In this document: positions 5,646-5,823 of the stretch, in pieces | Layout of the letters: every line of letters starts with the position of its first letter | How positions within the stretch are numbered: the first letter of the stretch is position 1 | Virus record (IMG/VR): IMGVR_UViG_2695420372_000014 | Source of the DNA: a virus | Taxonomy: Duplodnaviria > Heunggongvirae > Uroviricota > Caudoviricetes | Strand: one strand, 5' to 3' | DNA length: 5,823 bases | Made by a program: the position numbers and the translations under genes | The notes under the pieces: generated by a model | The model's input: only the letters and a program-made list of their open reading frames with translations | Told to the model about the DNA's origin: nothing | Databases searched by the model: none

Positions 5646-5823
5646 TACAGCCCGTTCACCACCTGGGTGCAGATTGTCAAAGACTGGATGAAGACGAAAG
5701 GGGATACGGGAAAACGTAAAACCTTCGTGAACACCACGCTCGGTGAGACGTGGGAGGCGAAAATTGGCGAACGTCCGGATGCTGAAGTGATGGCAGAGCG
5801 GAAAGAGCATTATTCAGCGCCCG
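4839..5823 (+). CDS. A: Terminase large subunit A, 5'-truncated reading frame from the internal Met (native codon 61) through copy 2 into the native downstream sequence; partial at window end
   Basis: The frame is open from 4740 to the window end. The first ATG (4839) overlaps the stop of the upstream fragment (ATGA). Translation continues ...HIWTAYSPFTTWVQIVKDWMKTKGDTGKRKTFVNTTLGETWEAKIGERPDAEVMAERKEHYSAP, matching lambda gpA as recalled. Whether it is translated is unknown. Confidence 0.5.
   Translation, partial: MNAMGSDYIREVNVVKSARVGYSKMLLGVYAYFIEHKQRNTLIWLPTDGDAENFMKTHVEPTIRDIPSLLALAPWYGKKHRDNTLTMKRFSNGRGFWCLGGKAAKNYREKSVDVAGYDELAAFDEDIEQEGSPTFLGDKRIEGSVWPKSIRGSTPKVRGTCQIERAASESPHFMRFHVACPHCGEEQYLKFGDKETPFGLKWTPDDPSSVFYLCEHNACVIRQQELDFTDARYICEKTGIWTRDGILWFSSSGEEIEPPDSVTFHIWTAYSPFTTWVQIVKDWMKTKGDTGKRKTFVNTTLGETWEAKIGERPDAEVMAERKEHYSAP

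Noticed and set aside
3727-5810. Repeated minus-strand and alternate-frame ORFs across gene A (3727..4200, 4053..4235, 4235..4432, 4291..4608, 4448..4747 and their +878 twins 4752..5078, 4931..5113, 5113..5310, 5169..5486, 5326..5625, plus 5095..5280 and 5589..5810)
   Set aside because: They occur in pairs at an 878-bp offset only because of the tandem duplication. The plus-strand gpA frame is the one with recognisable terminase sequence, so these are not independent genes.

Overview
This window is the late-region junction of a lambdoid phage or prophage, read left to right as lysis cassette, cos site, terminase. All protein identifications are from recalled similarity to phage lambda and phage 21 proteins; no database search was run. 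The lysis cassette is phage-21-type: a dual-start pinholin (42..257), a SAR endolysin (1521..2054) and the nested spanins Rz (2353..2820) and Rz1 (2573..2758). cosN (3073..3084) and a cosB-like repeat region follow, then terminase small subunit Nu1 (3261..3806) and large subunit A (from 3781, running off the window). Four things are not explained by the standard lambdoid layout. (1) An AT-rich two-gene insert (262..1392) sits between holin and endolysin: a 268-aa ORF translationally coupled to the holin and a convergent 104-aa ORF, neither of which I can assign to any family; this is the best candidate for an undescribed accessory module. (2) An 878-bp direct tandem duplication inside gene A (3891..4767 and 4769..5645) frameshifts the terminase, and one 181-bp patch differs between the copies. 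(3) A terminator-like hairpin and a small membrane-peptide ORF sit between R and Rz. (4) Three co-oriented Chi octamers lie within about 460 bp just left of cos.
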